A stretch of 64,000 nt of DNA from Scyliorhinus canicula (Eukaryota). The stretch lies in contig NC_052152.1 of assembly GCF_902713615.1 (NCBI RefSeq), positions 35,315,810 through 35,379,809 on the forward strand, given 5' to 3'. How positions within the stretch are numbered: the stretch's first letter is position 1; each line of letters starts with the position of its first letter. The notes under the pieces are model-generated. The model ran no database searches and had not been told where the DNA came from. It saw nothing but the letters and a program-made list of their open reading frames with translations. Of this stretch, positions 62,504 to 64,000 are shown in pieces. The position numbers and the translations under genes are program-made.

Positions 62504-62665
62504 TGGGCTGGATTCCCCTTTGGTGGGATCCTCCGTGTCGCTGGCAGCGCACTCACGCCCGGGGATTTCCCGATAGCGTGGGGTGCCCATAATGGGAAAT
62601 ACCATAGGCCGGGACGGAGGATCCCACTGTCGGCGGGGGCGTGCCGCAACAGAAAACGGGTGCAT
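62504..62665. mobile_element. diverged copy of the 170-bp Harbinger-type MITE family
   Basis: Left end GGGCTGGATTCCCC; interior similar to 37127 and 50703. Confidence 0.6.
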
Positions 62666-64000
62666 TAATATCAATGCACCCTGGAACTAGATATTATTCA
62701 ACTGAACAGGAAATTATTATTTACACTTAATTCCTTGCTGGTGGCACAAAATACACATTTTATGCTTTATTTATCACAATCTTTCATTTCTTGCAGTTCA
62801 ATGGGTGTGATTCACTCAGCTTCCTTGTGATTCTACTGTTACTCTAATATAGATTGAACCATGGATCATAAACCAGTCTATTGTATACTAGACTTTTTGT
62901 TTACAAACAATTTTTAAGTGTGTACGAAGCTGGTGAATAAAACGTTGAAAAGTGTTGGCTACATATTTGCTTATGGATTTGATTGACTGGAACCTTATTG
63001 TCTGTTTGATGGACTTGTTAGATATCCACATTCAACTATTTTTCCATTGCCACATTTCAGATTTCATTCCAGTTAACCACATGTGGAGGAAATACTCAGG
63101 CGCATTATGGCTCCTTTGTCATCTCAACACGTACGGTATTCTGATGATACAGTTAGGCCCACATGGTGATCTGACAGGTGATGTGAGATGGTAGTTTGCT
63201 TGTGTGAGGGCATGTGTGTTTACATGCGCACAAGTAAATTTTGTCACATAATTGAATAGACATTTTTGCACATGGGTTTGTGTGTAGTTGTCGTCCCCCC
63301 CCCCTCCCCCCCCCCCCCCCCCCTCCCTCCCAAACTATCCTTCCCCTAGGGTACATTTGTGTGTGGTTTATTTTTGGAATTCCACGATTATTGAGCTAAG
63401 CTTATGTGTCAGGGCAGCTACTATTTGGAGGGGGGGGGGGGGGGAGGAAAGGATTATTGCAGTTCATGAGGTGCAGTGATAATTTTGTTTTTTATCCAGG
63501 AAATATTGTATATGGCGTAATAAAATATATGCCAGGTTTACTTTTCTTTCTGTTAGATGCTTAGCACTGAGGTGAATTGATGATCATGGCAAACGTCCTT
63601 CCCCATTTTTCTAGAAATGCTTTCATATATCAGGGTTAATGAAGTTTGTTGGTATCAATCCAGTAGAACCAGGGAAGGAAGGAACACACTAGTAAGCAAA
63701 ATGCTGGTAGAAGACACCAGGAGGGGAAATTAGAGGTAGTGACCTCATTAATCCCCCCCCCACACTTCCCACAATGAACGGGATAGGATCAGGGCTGGAG
63801 TTTGGGGGGGGGGGGGGGGGGGGTGCAAGAGGGAGTTAAAAAGTACACACACCCTGCTGTGTATTCACTTCCTGCTGATTTTGTGGCAGCGGATGTTGAG
63901 TGTGTTGGAGACAGGGAGATGTTCAAAGTCATGAGGGGTCTGGACAGAGTTGACGGGAAGAAATGTTCCAGTTGATTAAAGGATCTGGATCTGGAACGAG

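Noticed and set aside
63061-63177. Possible exon within ORF 62952-63194
   Set aside because: Splice signals are mediocre and the peptide is unrecognised.

Overview
Eukaryotic, repeat-dominated DNA from a cartilaginous fish. The HE1/V-SINE, SacSINE-type and CR1/HER1 repeat content points to a shark, probably a catshark; this is an inference. The window looks like large-intron or intergenic sequence: no intact host gene is recognisable, only one or two tiny candidate exons (10906-10945, possibly 1873-1892). Nearly all listed ORFs are transposon remnants or GC-rich noise. Main content: (1) a near full-length, frameshifted L1-clade LINE (30195-35829, minus, 15-bp TSD) and a 5'-truncated L1; (2) Tx1, Rex1, CR1 and L2 fragments; (3) Penelope-like element (PLE) remnants carrying minimal hammerhead ribozyme motifs; (4) PIF/Harbinger-type GC-rich MITEs with 3-bp TSDs; (5) a decayed pogo transposase and a decayed Gypsy element; (6) two solo LTRs with 5-bp TSDs; (7) more than 20 tRNA-derived SINEs with swapped 3' tails. 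The most unusual structure is a SINE-[39-bp minisatellite x ~32]-SINE composite (14173-15966). It appears to have inserted as one unit into another SINE, which itself sits in the Gypsy relic. All family assignments come from recalled motifs, not database searches, and boundaries without a stated TSD are approximate.
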